Of a DNA stretch of 64,000 nt, positions 18,819 through 28,835 are shown one piece after another. The translations under genes and the position numbers were made by a program. Under the pieces are notes generated by a model. That model was not told where the DNA came from. It searched no databases and was given only the letters and a program-made list of their open reading frames with translations. The stretch comes from Candidatus Fervidifonticultor sextus (GTDB lineage: Bacteria > Sysuimicrobiota > Sysuimicrobiia > Sysuimicrobiales > Humicultoraceae), in contig JAVKHQ010000010.1 in NCBI GenBank assembly GCA_031459875.1, positions 12,352-76,351 of the forward strand, given 5' to 3'. Each line of letters begins with the position of its first letter. Positions within the stretch are counted from its first letter, which is position 1.

Positions 18819-19263
18819 ACTCATCGGCGAACTCAAGAAGGCCTACCTGGACGAGTTGCTGGCGTTCTACTCGTACTGGATCACCGCGCAGGTCGCCGAG
18901 GGGTTCCACGGCGAGGAGTTGACCGAGCACTTCACCGAGGAGGCGACGGCGGAACTGGGGCATGCCAGGGCCCTGGCCCGACGCATCATCGAGTTGGGCG
19001 GTGACCCCGTCGTGCACCCCAGAGACTGGGAGGCGGGGGCCAACGCGCCGTGGACGGCTCCGCGGTCCGAATGGAGTGACGCCGACGGCATGGTGGAGGA
19101 TCAGATCAAGGCCGAACGGGGCGCCATCGCGGCCTACAACCGGCTCTGCAAGATGACGTTTGGGAAGGACCCGGTGACCTACGCGCTGGCCTCGGAGCTG
19201 CTGAAAGACGAGGTCGGGCACGAGGAGTTCCTGGAGAACCTCCTGGCGCGCACACACCGGTAA
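18775..19263 (+). CDS. Ferritin-like protein (DPS-like/bacterioferritin family)
   Basis: Diiron ligands DE, ELGH, AER, DEVGH; RIIELGGDP; KDPVTY. Confidence 0.88.
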   Translation: MGQQGRAIVELNVDELIGELKKAYLDELLAFYSYWITAQVAEGFHGEELTEHFTEEATAELGHARALARRIIELGGDPVVHPRDWEAGANAPWTAPRSEWSDADGMVEDQIKAERGAIAAYNRLCKMTFGKDPVTYALASELLKDEVGHEEFLENLLARTHR

Positions 19264-19515
19264 GTGAGGGCACGGTGCCGCGTGTCGTCGGAGTGGGGCT
19301 GCTGGTCCTGGCGATCGCCGGCGGCCCCACCTCCCCCGCGCCGGCCGCAGCCATCCCCCCGGCCATGATGCAGACCAACAACTTCCCGGACTACCTGCGG
19401 GAATGGCAGCCGGCGGAGATCCCGGGAGGGCTGCCGTCTGCCGGCGGGTGGCACCGGATGAAGCCGGCGAGTAAGGTCGCAGGGCTCCCCGCGCAGCCTC
19501 CGAACCGCCCGGTGG

Positions 19516-20826
19516 TCAGGTCCCCAGCCCCATCACCACCTCCGAGAAGATGCCCAGGCCCTCCTCCAGCTCCTCACGGCTGACGGTGAGCGGCGGAATG
19601 AACCGGATCACGTGCGCCGCCCATCCCGCCGGATAGAGGATCAGCCCGCGGTCCAAGCAGCCTTCCAGCACCCTGCGCGCGATCACGCCCGCCGGCGCAT
19701 GGCCCTGCGCCGGGTCGGCGAACTCCACCCCGATCATCAGCCCCCTGCCCCGGACCTCGCCGATGTAGGGCGACTGCTGCGCCAGGACCTGCAGCCGGGC
19801 CATCGCCTCCTGGCTGCGGAGGCGGGCGTTGTCCAGCACGCGCTCCTCCCGGAAGACCTCCAGGGTCGCCAGAGCCGCCGCGCAGGCCACCGGGTTCCCG
19901 CCGAAGGTCGTGCCATGCGACCCCGCCGTCCACCGCCGCATCAGGTCCGGTCCGGCGGCGACGGCGCTCAACGGGAAACCCGACGCGATGGCTTTGGAAA
20001 GGACCAGGACATCAGGGACCACGCCGAAGGTCTGGGCGGCGAACATCTCACCCGTGCGCCCGAACCCGGTCTGGATCTCGTCGAAGATCAACAGGATGCC
20101 ATATCGGGTGCAGATCTCCCGCAGGCGCGGCAGAAAGTCGGGCGGGGGCACCACATAGCCGCCCTCGCCGAGGATCGGCTCGACGATCATGGCCGCGACA
20201 TCCTCGGGGTAGACCACGTGCCGGAAGAGGCGCTCCAGGCTCACGAAGGGATCGCCGCAGCAGCCCGGCCCGGTGCGGTGAGGGCAGCGGAAGCAATACG
20301 GGAACGGGACGTGGTAGACCGAGGGCAGCAGCGGTTCGTAGTGCCGCCGGTACTTCGCGTTGGACGTGGTCACCGACGCCGACCCCAGCGACCGGCCGTG
20401 GAAACCGCCGATGAAATCCACGATGGCCGGCCGCCGCGTCACGTACCGGGCGAGCTTGATGGCCCCCTCCACCGCCTCGGTACCGCCGTTGCCCCAGAAG
20501 AACATGGTGAGGTCGCCCGGCGTGATCCGGCCCAGTTCCTCGCAGAGCCGCAGCAGGGGGTCGTAGGCGATCATGCCGATCGGCCCGTGGATGAGCCGGT
20601 CGATCTGGGCCCGCGCGGCCTCCACGACCCGGGGGTGCCGGTGGCCGAGGTTGCAGGCCGCCATGCCCGAGACGAAGTCGAGATACCGCCGGCCGTCCAG
20701 GCCGTAGAGCCAGGTGCCCTCGCCCCGCACGACCGGCAGGTTGGGCCAGTCCTCCGCCAGGCTGGGCGCGAGCAGATAGCCCAGCCGGCCGACGCGTTGC
20801 GCGAAGCCTGCGAAATCCGTATGCAT
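19516..20826 (-). CDS. Class III aminotransferase, 4-aminobutyrate aminotransferase-like
   Basis: GFHGRS, EPILGEGGY, DEIQTGFGRTG, SKAIASG, HGTTFGGNP. Confidence 0.9.
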   Translation of the reverse strand: MHTDFAGFAQRVGRLGYLLAPSLAEDWPNLPVVRGEGTWLYGLDGRRYLDFVSGMAACNLGHRHPRVVEAARAQIDRLIHGPIGMIAYDPLLRLCEELGRITPGDLTMFFWGNGGTEAVEGAIKLARYVTRRPAIVDFIGGFHGRSLGSASVTTSNAKYRRHYEPLLPSVYHVPFPYCFRCPHRTGPGCCGDPFVSLERLFRHVVYPEDVAAMIVEPILGEGGYVVPPPDFLPRLREICTRYGILLIFDEIQTGFGRTGEMFAAQTFGVVPDVLVLSKAIASGFPLSAVAAGPDLMRRWTAGSHGTTFGGNPVACAAALATLEVFREERVLDNARLRSQEAMARLQVLAQQSPYIGEVRGRGLMIGVEFADPAQGHAPAGVIARRVLEGCLDRGLILYPAGWAAHVIRFIPPLTVSREELEEGLGIFSEVVMGLGT

Positions 20827-20905
20827 GCCCCGTCCTCATCAGCGGTTTCGACCGGAAAGGGACTTCGACGTGAGGGGTGAGAGGTCCACCTCGGAGCAGG
20901 TGCCA

Positions 20906-21696
20906 TCAGAGGCCGACGCGGACCCCGAGCGCCGTCAGGATCACCATGAGCAGCCCAAAGGCCACCTGGGTCCAGCCCACCACCCGGGCCGGCACCGGTG
21001 GCAGGGCGAACGTGTACGCTGAGAAGACCACAAGGAGCCCCATCCCCGCCACACTCATCCAGGGGCTCAGTCCCGCAAGAGCCGCCACTGCGAGCACCCC
21101 CGTCGCCGCCACCTCGGCTGCGTACGCCGGGGCCGGATTCACCGGCACTCCCCGGGCCCGCATCACCTGGGCGCGCGCGTAAGAGAGGGCTCCCAGGGCC
21201 CTCATGGCGAGCACCAGCCAGAGCCCGGCGGCCGTCGTCCACGGCAGCCCGCCGGCCAGGGCGATCGCGGCGACGACGCTGCTCATCGCCGTCGCCCCGG
21301 AGAACTCCGGCACCAGGTTGCGGCCCCTGCCGCGGGCGTCGTAGGAGAACTGCAGCAGGGCCAGGGGAACGGCCAGCACCAGAGGCCACACGAAGGGCCC
21401 TTGGGCCTGCGCGGCCGCCAGGACAAAGCCCAGCACGCCCACGCATCCGTATCCCAGTGCGACGAGCAGGGCCAGCGCTGTCCGGCGGTAACGCTTGCCC
21501 TTCCGCACGTCGGAGTGCCACAGCCTGAGAGGATGACGGACGAGGAAGGCCGCCAGAGCCGACACGCCCAGGCCCAGCCCGGCCCACCCAGGCGCCGCCA
21601 GGAGTCCCAGGGCGACAGGTTCCAGCGTCAAGCCCCATCCTCCGTGCTCGCTGGGGAGGGCGACGGCCTTCAGCGAACCCCTGACGGCGGGTTCAC
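20906..21696 (-). CDS. YwiC-like membrane protein (start uncertain, possible 5' frameshift)
   Basis: ALPSEHGGWG signature, multiple TM helices, PARVVGWTQ. Confidence 0.75.
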
Positions 21697-21729
21697 CGGA
21701 TGCCGCGTGCGGGAAGGCTGTGGGGCGCT

Positions 21730-22098
21730 TCAGGATTGATTGCCGTGTCCGCGTCCCGGCTTCCCGGCTGACGGAAAGGCGATCATGCCGGTCTGGCGCT
21801 TCTGGGCCGGCTGCTTGGACTGCGGGACCCGCGGGTGGTGCTGGATGTTCACATCGAGTTTCTTGCCGCAGGTGCACAACAGGGCCAGGGTCTGCGAGGC
21901 GTCCACCCACACATGCCCCTGCGCCTCCGCGCGAGCCCGTGCGGCGTCGATAGCGCCGCTGGCCCGATCGGCTTCGTCTTCGGCGGCGCCCATCTCCCGG
22001 GTGCCGCTGCCGGAGAGTTCGTACATGAGCGCCTTGGGGTAGTAGACGGTGTAGCGCTTCCTGCAGCCGCCGCAGGGGAAGGTGAAGACCAGGGCCAT
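21730..22098 (-). CDS. Hypothetical protein with CxxC and CxC (possible Zn ribbon)
   Basis: FPCGGCRKRY...LCTCGKKL; coding-like codon bias. Confidence 0.7.
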   Translation of the reverse strand: MALVFTFPCGGCRKRYTVYYPKALMYELSGSGTREMGAAEDEADRASGAIDAARARAEAQGHVWVDASQTLALLCTCGKKLDVNIQHHPRVPQSKQPAQKRQTGMIAFPSAGKPGRGHGNQS

Positions 22099-22243
22099 GG
22101 TGGCCACCATTGTAGTCGGCGGAACGCAGGCGAGTCAAACGCGCGGCTGGGGGGTACAACAGTCTTGCGGGCGCCCTGGTGAACCGATCTCGCATTTGTG
22201 CTACCCTTAGATCAACCGGCGCGGCAAACAGGGGGCGAATCAG

Positions 22244-22783
22244 ATGTCTGGACGGGCAGCGGTGCTCCTGACGGCATTCGTGGCGATCGCAGTCGGCGGC
22301 GTGGCCTACTCCGTGGGATTTGCGGCGGGCCGCGCGGCGCCGGCGACGACCGCCGAAGGATCCCGGCCCCCGCTCGTGCAGCCGGCCCAGGTCCAGGATC
22401 CCTTCCAGCCGCCGTTCCAGCGGCCGGAGCCCTTCCCGGGACCACAGCCCTTCCCGGGACCGCAGCCGTTCCCTGGCCCCCAACCCTTCCAGGGACCCGG
22501 CTCACCGCCTCCCCTGCGTGAGTTCATCCCGTTGCCGGGGCCCGGCGATCAGCAGCCCGGCATGCGCCCCGGGCAGCAGGAGGAATGCGAACCGATCATT
22601 CTCTTCTACCACAACGGGCAGTTCTACCAGTTGCGGCCCGGCCCCCAGAACGGCCCGGGCCAGCCCGGGACGCCGCCGGAGTTCTACTACTTGAATCCGT
22701 ACCAGGGCCCGCCGATCCCTGGCCTGCCGTTCCCGCGGCAGGACCGCGGTCCGGGGTTCTCGCCGGTCAACCCGCGTTCGTAG
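22244..22783 (+). CDS. Hypothetical Pro/Gln-rich membrane-anchored or exported protein
   Basis: RBS AGGGGG, N-terminal hydrophobic helix, PQPFPG repeats. Confidence 0.75.
   Translation: MSGRAAVLLTAFVAIAVGGVAYSVGFAAGRAAPATTAEGSRPPLVQPAQVQDPFQPPFQRPEPFPGPQPFPGPQPFPGPQPFQGPGSPPPLREFIPLPGPGDQQPGMRPGQQEECEPIILFYHNGQFYQLRPGPQNGPGQPGTPPEFYYLNPYQGPPIPGLPFPRQDRGPGFSPVNPRS
22424..22495 (+). repeat. Four 18-bp in-frame tandem repeats (PxPFPG)
   Basis: ccggagcccttcccggga / ccacagcccttcccggga / ccgcagccgttccctggc / ccccaacccttccaggga. Confidence 0.85.
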
Positions 22784-22809
22784 CCGCCCGGAAGGACCGC
22801 CGGCGGACG

Positions 22810-23982
22810 GTGCCACCACACGCTACCGTCCTGCCGCTCCTGGCCATCCTCGTCGGCTTCGAGATGGGCGTGTCGCTCTTCGGGCCGCTGCTCCCACAAG
22901 TCCAGCGGGAGTTTGGGGTCTCGGCAGGGACCGTGGCCCTGGCACTGTCGGTCTACCATGGGAGTCGGCTGGTGGTGAACCTCCCGATGGCTCGGTTCGT
23001 GGCGCGCTCGGTCCTGCCGGTCACGCTGGGCGGCGGCGGTGTGCTGTTCGCGGCGGGAGCCGTCCTCGTGGCGGCGGCGTGGGTCTTCCCGGCGGTTCTG
23101 GTGGGCCGGGCCCTCATGGGGATCGGCGCGGCGGCGTTCTTTGTCACGACCCAGTTGTGGATCTCAAAGGTCGCCACGCCCCAGAACAAAGCCCAGCTGT
23201 TCAGCTATAACCAAGTGGCCGCCCTCACGGGCGGGGCCCTGGGGCCGGCCATCGGCGGCGCGGTGGCCGGATGGTTGTCCTGGCGCTGGTCGCTCGTGCT
23301 CGCCGCGGTGTTCGGGATGGTGGCGCTGGTCGCCGGGCGCCGGCTGTCCGATCCGAATTCGGGCCGGGCGGATGGCGCAGCCGTGGCACTGCCGGATCCG
23401 GACGCGAACCGCCGGCTGGGCCTCATCCTCGGCCCGGGACTGGTGATGATGGCGCTGATGTTCTTCTACGGCGGCGTGACGATGACGCTGGTCCCCCTCT
23501 TCGCCGCCCGCCAGCTCCACCTGGGTCCCGCCGCCATCGGCGGCGTGCTGATGCTGGGGACCCTGTGGCGGTTCGGTGCTGCGCTGGTCGGCGGGCGCCT
23601 GGCTGCGTGGTTCGGGATCCAGCGCGTCGTCGTCCCGGGCCTGGCCGTCCTCGCCGCCTCGGTGTTGAGCTTCCTGCTGGTGGGGTCACCGCTCGGGCTG
23701 GTCGTGGCGGTCTCGCTGGTCTCGTGGGCCAACCTGGGCGGCAGCCTCGTCGTCGCGCTGGTCACCGATCTGGTGCCCGAACCCCATTGGGGGACCGCGT
23801 TGGGGGTCAACCGCACCATGGCCGACCTGGGAGCGATGACCGCGCCGATCCTCGTGGGGATCGTGATCGATCGCTACGGGTTCGACGCCGCCATCGTCAC
23901 GGTGGCGGCGCTGCTGTTCGCCGCCGCCGCAGCCGCGGCCGCGCTCATCCGGTCGAGCCGTCACGATGCCCTGGCCGCCTGA
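22810..23982 (+). CDS. MFS transporter
   Basis: About 12 hydrophobic segments, GRALMGIG, GPAIGG. Confidence 0.88.
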   Translation: MPPHATVLPLLAILVGFEMGVSLFGPLLPQVQREFGVSAGTVALALSVYHGSRLVVNLPMARFVARSVLPVTLGGGGVLFAAGAVLVAAAWVFPAVLVGRALMGIGAAAFFVTTQLWISKVATPQNKAQLFSYNQVAALTGGALGPAIGGAVAGWLSWRWSLVLAAVFGMVALVAGRRLSDPNSGRADGAAVALPDPDANRRLGLILGPGLVMMALMFFYGGVTMTLVPLFAARQLHLGPAAIGGVLMLGTLWRFGAALVGGRLAAWFGIQRVVVPGLAVLAASVLSFLLVGSPLGLVVAVSLVSWANLGGSLVVALVTDLVPEPHWGTALGVNRTMADLGAMTAPILVGIVIDRYGFDAAIVTVAALLFAAAAAAAALIRSSRHDALAA

Positions 23983-24171
23983 CGCGGGGTCTTTGCCGGG
24001 AGGCATCTCTACCTGGCAGGTGGAACCCACCGACCTGACCGAGTTGAGCATCGTCAACTTCCGCATCGTCCACACGGTCATCGTCGCCCTGGACCGCCAG
24101 GACGTGCGCTGGCGCTGGAACATGACGGCCTCGGCGGCGATCGAGCCGCAGCAGCCGCAGGTGTTGCCTGA

Positions 24172-25452
24172 CTACCAGAGACGGGCAAAGGTGCCGCCCG
24201 CCATGGGCACGCCGAGGCGCTCCAGCCCGGGGTCGGGCAGGCCGGGCAGGCGGCTGCGGAACACCACCCCGCCCTTCATCACCACCCGGACCTCCCGGAG
24301 GTCACGGATCTGCCGGTCCGGCTGCCCGGCGACTGCGATGAGATCCGCCTGCTTGCCGGCCTCCAGGGTCCCCGTCTCGGCGTCCACCCCGCACAGGCGC
24401 GCGGAGTTGAAGGTGGCGGCCCGGATGGCCTCCAGCGGCGTCAGGCCGCACTCGGTCAGCAGCTCCACCTCCCGGATCGTGGCCACCGTGCCGTCCACCG
24501 GGTCGCTGGGGAGCAGGTCGGTCCCGCAGCACAGCGTCACCCCGCGGGCCGCCGCGCGCCGGATCGAGGCCAGGTGTTCGCCGGCCGCCGCCCGGGCCTT
24601 GGCCAGCATCCACTCCTGCACCCCGTGGCGGCGCAGGTAGTCGAGTTCCTGGGTCACGCACAGGGTCGGCACGAGGAAGGTCCCCGCCCCGGCCATGGCC
24701 GCGGCCGTGTCGTCCTCGAACGAGTACCCGTGCTCGATGCAGTCCACGCCCAGCCGCACGGCATCTCGGATGGCCGCGTCGCCGCCGGTGTGGGCGGCCA
24801 CGCGCCGGCCGGCCGCGTGGGCGACCTCGACGACCGCCCGGACCTCGTCGTCGGTCATCTGCTTGTCCTGCGGCTGCTCGCGGGGCGTCCCGATGCCCCC
24901 GGTCAGGCAGATCTTGATCAGGTCGGCCCCGGCGCGGAGTTGTTCGCGCGCGGCGCGGCGGAAGCCATCGGGCCCGTCCGCTTCCACGGTCCCCACGGAG
25001 TTGTGCCCGTGGCCGCCGGTGGCGATCAACGCGTGCCCGGCCGCCTTGATGCGCGGCCCCGGGAGGAGGCCCCGGGCGATGGCCTCCCGGACGTCCAGGT
25101 CGGTGAAATAGGGCTCGCCCACGACGCGCAGGCTCGTGGTGCCGTTGAGAACGGCCTCCAGGGCGCGCCGGTAGTTGAGCATGACGCGGTAGCCCGGCGG
25201 AAAGGGATCGGCGCGCCGCTCGGGGAACGGCAGGCGGAGCCCCAGGTGCACGTGCACGTTGAACAGCCCCGGCAGGACCGTCATCGCCTCCAGATCAACC
25301 GTCAGGTCGCCCGGCCGCGCCACCGGGGCCCCCGGATCGGTCCGGGCCCCGCACCAGACGATCCGCTCGCCCTCGATGGCCAGCGCGGCGTCGTCTACCG
25401 CCGCGCGGCCCGTCCCGTCCACCAGGCGGCAGTTGACGAGGACTGTCCGCAT
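24172..25452 (-). CDS. Amidohydrolase-superfamily enzyme (Xaa-Pro dipeptidase-like)
   Basis: PGLFNVHVH, GADLIK, AAH, IEHG, CGTD, GKQADL. Confidence 0.9.
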   Translation of the reverse strand: MRTVLVNCRLVDGTGRAAVDDAALAIEGERIVWCGARTDPGAPVARPGDLTVDLEAMTVLPGLFNVHVHLGLRLPFPERRADPFPPGYRVMLNYRRALEAVLNGTTSLRVVGEPYFTDLDVREAIARGLLPGPRIKAAGHALIATGGHGHNSVGTVEADGPDGFRRAAREQLRAGADLIKICLTGGIGTPREQPQDKQMTDDEVRAVVEVAHAAGRRVAAHTGGDAAIRDAVRLGVDCIEHGYSFEDDTAAAMAGAGTFLVPTLCVTQELDYLRRHGVQEWMLAKARAAAGEHLASIRRAAARGVTLCCGTDLLPSDPVDGTVATIREVELLTECGLTPLEAIRAATFNSARLCGVDAETGTLEAGKQADLIAVAGQPDRQIRDLREVRVVMKGGVVFRSRLPGLPDPGLERLGVPMAGGTFARLW

Positions 25453-25483
25453 GACCGCATCCCTCCTCTGTGGACCCGCTCCA

Positions 25484-26329
25484 TCAGCGCGCCCGCTGCA
25501 GCCCGTCGCCGAGCAGGTTGGCACCGACGACGAGCACGGCGATCGCCATGCCGGGGAAGACCGTGTTCCACCAGGCCAGACTCTGCACGGTTCGCCCGTC
25601 GCTCACCATGCTGCCCCACGCGGGCACAGGCGGCTGGACCCCCAGCCCGAGGAAGCTCAGCGCGGCCTCGGCCAGGATCACGTTGGACATGTTCACCGCG
25701 CCCACCACCAGCAGCGGCGGGAGGATGGAGGGCAGGACGTGGCGGGACAGAATGCGCCCCTCGGCCGCCCCCAGGGCCCGGGCGGCCGCGACGAACTCCC
25801 GCTCGCGGACCGACAGCGTATTGGCCCGCGCCACCCTCGCGTACTGCACCCAGGTGACCAGCGCCAGCACCACGATGAGCTTGACTAGACTCTGCCCGAG
25901 GGCGGCCATGATGGCAATGGCGACGAAGACCGGCGGAAAGGAGAGCTGGACGTCGATGAGGCGGGAGATGGTCCGGTCCACGCGCCCGCCGAAGTAGCCG
26001 GCAGCCAGACCCAGCATCGTCCCCAGTCCGCCGCCCAGGAGCACCGATAGCAGCGCGACGGCGATGGAGACCCGCGCGCCGACCATCAGGCGCGAGCAGA
26101 GGTCGCGGCCCAGCCGGTCGGTGCCCAGCGGGTACGCCCAGTCGCCGCCCGGTAGCCACGCCGGCGGCTGGAGCGACCGGAGGAGGTCCTGATCGGCATA
26201 CCCGTGGGGGGCCAGCCACGGGGCCAGCAGGGCGACGGCGGTCATCAGGGCGAGGATGGCGGCGCCGGCATAGAACTGGGGCGGGCGCCGCCGGCCTGGC
26301 CGGGACGCCGGTGCCCACCTAACCGCCAT
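25484..26329 (-). CDS. Peptide/nickel ABC permease (DppC-like)
   Basis: LGTDRLGRD, EAALSFLGLGV. Confidence 0.92.
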   Translation of the reverse strand: MAVRWAPASRPGRRRPPQFYAGAAILALMTAVALLAPWLAPHGYADQDLLRSLQPPAWLPGGDWAYPLGTDRLGRDLCSRLMVGARVSIAVALLSVLLGGGLGTMLGLAAGYFGGRVDRTISRLIDVQLSFPPVFVAIAIMAALGQSLVKLIVVLALVTWVQYARVARANTLSVREREFVAAARALGAAEGRILSRHVLPSILPPLLVVGAVNMSNVILAEAALSFLGLGVQPPVPAWGSMVSDGRTVQSLAWWNTVFPGMAIAVLVVGANLLGDGLQRAR

Positions 26330-27245
26330 GGTCGTACCGGATGCGCGGGTCGAGGTAGAGGTAGAGCAGGTCCACCGCCAGGTTGATCAGTACGAAGGCC
26401 GTGCCCACCACCAGCACCACGGCCCGGACCAGCGGCAGGTCCCGCGTCTGGATGCCCTGCAGCATGAGCCAGCCGACCCCGGGCCACGCGAACACCGCCT
26501 CGACGACGACCGACCCGCCCAGCAGATTCCCCAGCTGCAACCCCAGCACCGTGACCGCCGAGATCATCGCGTTGCGCAGCGCGTGGCGCGACAGAACGGC
26601 GCGCTCGGCCAGCCCCTTCGCGCGGGCGGTGCGGATATAGTCCTGGCTGAGGACCTCCAGGACGTCGACGCGCACCAGGCGCGTGAGCAGCCCCGTGGTG
26701 TAGACGGCCAGGGTTGCGCAGGGCAGGACCAGGTGCGCCGGCGACTCGAACCCGGATGCCGGCAGCCACCGCAGGCGGTCGGCGAAGAGGAGGATCAACA
26801 GCACGCCCAGCCAGAACGACGGCAGGCTGATGAACAAAAACGTGGCCACCGACACAAGCCAGTCGGCGGCGCTGCCCACGCGCGACCCGATCCACACCCC
26901 CACCGGGATGCCCACGGCGACGGTCAGCCCGACCGTGGCCAGGGCCAGCAGCGCCGTGGTCGGCAGGCGCTGGAGGACCAGCTCGAGGGCGGGCCGCTGG
27001 TAGCGGAACGACTCGCCGAGGTCCCCGCGCAGCGCCCGGCGGAGGAAGTCCCAGTACTGGGCGGGGATCGGCTTGTCCAGGCCGTAGAGCCGCCGGACGC
27101 GTTCGACGTCCTCGGGCCTGGCGTCCAGCGGCGTCAGCAGCCGGATCGGGTCGCCGCTCAGGTGGATCAGCAGGAAGACGAGGATGCTGACCGCCAGCAG
27201 CACCCAGACCAGATGCACCAGGCGCTGGACGAGAAACCGGCCCAC
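26319..27245 (-). CDS. Peptide/nickel ABC permease (DppB-like)
   Basis: GDLGES, DYIRTARAKGL, EAVFAWPGVG. Confidence 0.93.
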   Translation of the reverse strand: MGRFLVQRLVHLVWVLLAVSILVFLLIHLSGDPIRLLTPLDARPEDVERVRRLYGLDKPIPAQYWDFLRRALRGDLGESFRYQRPALELVLQRLPTTALLALATVGLTVAVGIPVGVWIGSRVGSAADWLVSVATFLFISLPSFWLGVLLILLFADRLRWLPASGFESPAHLVLPCATLAVYTTGLLTRLVRVDVLEVLSQDYIRTARAKGLAERAVLSRHALRNAMISAVTVLGLQLGNLLGGSVVVEAVFAWPGVGWLMLQGIQTRDLPLVRAVVLVVGTAFVLINLAVDLLYLYLDPRIRYDHGG

Positions 27246-27251
27246 CGGAGG

Positions 27252-28835
27252 CTAGCCCAGGTGGATGCCTCCCAGCCGGATGATGCCGTCGCTGTGCGCC
27301 ACCCAGCCCTTCACGCGCTTCTGCATGGCGTAGACGCCCTGCTGGTTCCACAGGAACACCCACGGACACTCCCGGTGGATGATCTGGTTGAGCCGCCTGT
27401 ACATGTCGTTCCGGCGGTTGGCGTCGAGGGTCTTCGGCGCCTCCTGGATCAACCGGTTGGCCTCCTCGTTGCTGTAGCCCTGCCAGGCCGCGCCCTTGCG
27501 GTCCGAGTCGAAGTTGATGCTGACCGTGGCATCCAGCAACACGCCGACCTGCTGGAAGAAGAAGGCGTCGTGGGTCTTGCCGAGCACGCCCTGGACGAAG
27601 GGGCTCCAGTCCATGACCTGCACACGGGTGCGGACGCCCACGCGGGTCCACATGGCGGCGATGGCCTCGCTGGCCAGCCGGTCGTTGAGGTAGCGGCCTT
27701 CGGGCGAGACCAGCGTGACGTCGAACCCGTCGCGGTAGCCGGCCTCGGAGAGCAACTGCCGGGCCCGATCGGGATCGTACGGGTAGGGGCGCAGGCTCTC
27801 GTCGTACCCGGGGATGCCCGGACCGAACGCGCTGTTGAGCCGGTAGGCGGCCCCGCGCATGACGGTCCGGATGAGGGTGTCCACGTCCGTGGCGTAGTTC
27901 ATCGCCTGCCGGACGCGGACGTCCTGGAAGGCCCGGACCTTGAGGGCGTTCAGCACCACGATCTGCGACGACAGCTGCCGGAACGCGACCACCTCCACGT
28001 TCCTGGTCGCCTCCAGTTCGGGGATCTGGATGGGATCCACCGGGGTGATGAGGTGCGCCGCCCCGGTCTTCAGTTCCACCAGGCGGGTGGCCGCCTCCGG
28101 CACCGGGCGCCACACCAGCCGCCTCAGTTTGGGCTGGCCGCTGAAGTGCGGGCGCTCGGCGAAGTCCATCACCATCCGGCCGTTGGGAATCCACTCCACG
28201 AACCGGTACGGGCCTGTCCCGATGGCGCGCCTGGTCGGGTCCACCTCGCCGCCGGTAATGGCCCTGGGCAGGATCTCGCAGTACAGCGACAGCACCTCCG
28301 CCAGAAGGGCGAACGGTCCGTCGGTGTGGATGCGGACGGTCAGCGGGTTCACCACCTCGACGTCTTTGACCGGGCGGAGCTGGCCGGCGTAGACGTTGCG
28401 GATCGCGGGGCTCTTGAAGCGGGCGATGGTGTCGCGGACGTGCTCGGCGCCGAACTTCTCGCCGTTGTGGAAGTAGACGTGGTCCCGCAGCCGGAACTCC
28501 CAGGTCGTGTCGTTGAGTACGCGCCAGGAGGTGGCCAGCCAGGGGACCAGTTTCATGTCGGGCGTACGCTCCAGCAGTTTGTCGTACATGGCCCACATCA
28601 TGCCCTTGGAAGCCCCCGACGTGGTCACGTGCGGGTCCAGGGACTCGGCGTCGACGCCCTGGACGATCAGCAGGTTCCCCACCGGCTGCGGCGGGCCGGC
28701 GGGCGCGGCCCACCCGGGATGGCCGAGCCGGTCCACCGCCAGGCCGGTCCCGGCCAGGGCGGCCGTGTATGCCAGGAACTCCCGCCGGGTGACGCGGCGG
28801 TCGTCATGGTCGTCATCGTGCGTCATGACCTTCAT
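27252..28835 (-). CDS. Family 5 (DppA-like) substrate-binding protein with Tat signal
   Basis: TRREFL twin-arginine motif, SLDPH, FHNG, IGTGPY, DVRVRQAM. Confidence 0.92.
   Translation of the reverse strand: MKVMTHDDDHDDRRVTRREFLAYTAALAGTGLAVDRLGHPGWAAPAGPPQPVGNLLIVQGVDAESLDPHVTTSGASKGMMWAMYDKLLERTPDMKLVPWLATSWRVLNDTTWEFRLRDHVYFHNGEKFGAEHVRDTIARFKSPAIRNVYAGQLRPVKDVEVVNPLTVRIHTDGPFALLAEVLSLYCEILPRAITGGEVDPTRRAIGTGPYRFVEWIPNGRMVMDFAERPHFSGQPKLRRLVWRPVPEAATRLVELKTGAAHLITPVDPIQIPELEATRNVEVVAFRQLSSQIVVLNALKVRAFQDVRVRQAMNYATDVDTLIRTVMRGAAYRLNSAFGPGIPGYDESLRPYPYDPDRARQLLSEAGYRDGFDVTLVSPEGRYLNDRLASEAIAAMWTRVGVRTRVQVMDWSPFVQGVLGKTHDAFFFQQVGVLLDATVSINFDSDRKGAAWQGYSNEEANRLIQEAPKTLDANRRNDMYRRLNQIIHRECPWVFLWNQQGVYAMQKRVKGWVAHSDGIIRLGGIHLG

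Noticed and set aside
22424-22495. Short repeats as a CRISPR array
   Set aside because: In-frame coding tandem repeats with no spacers and no cas genes
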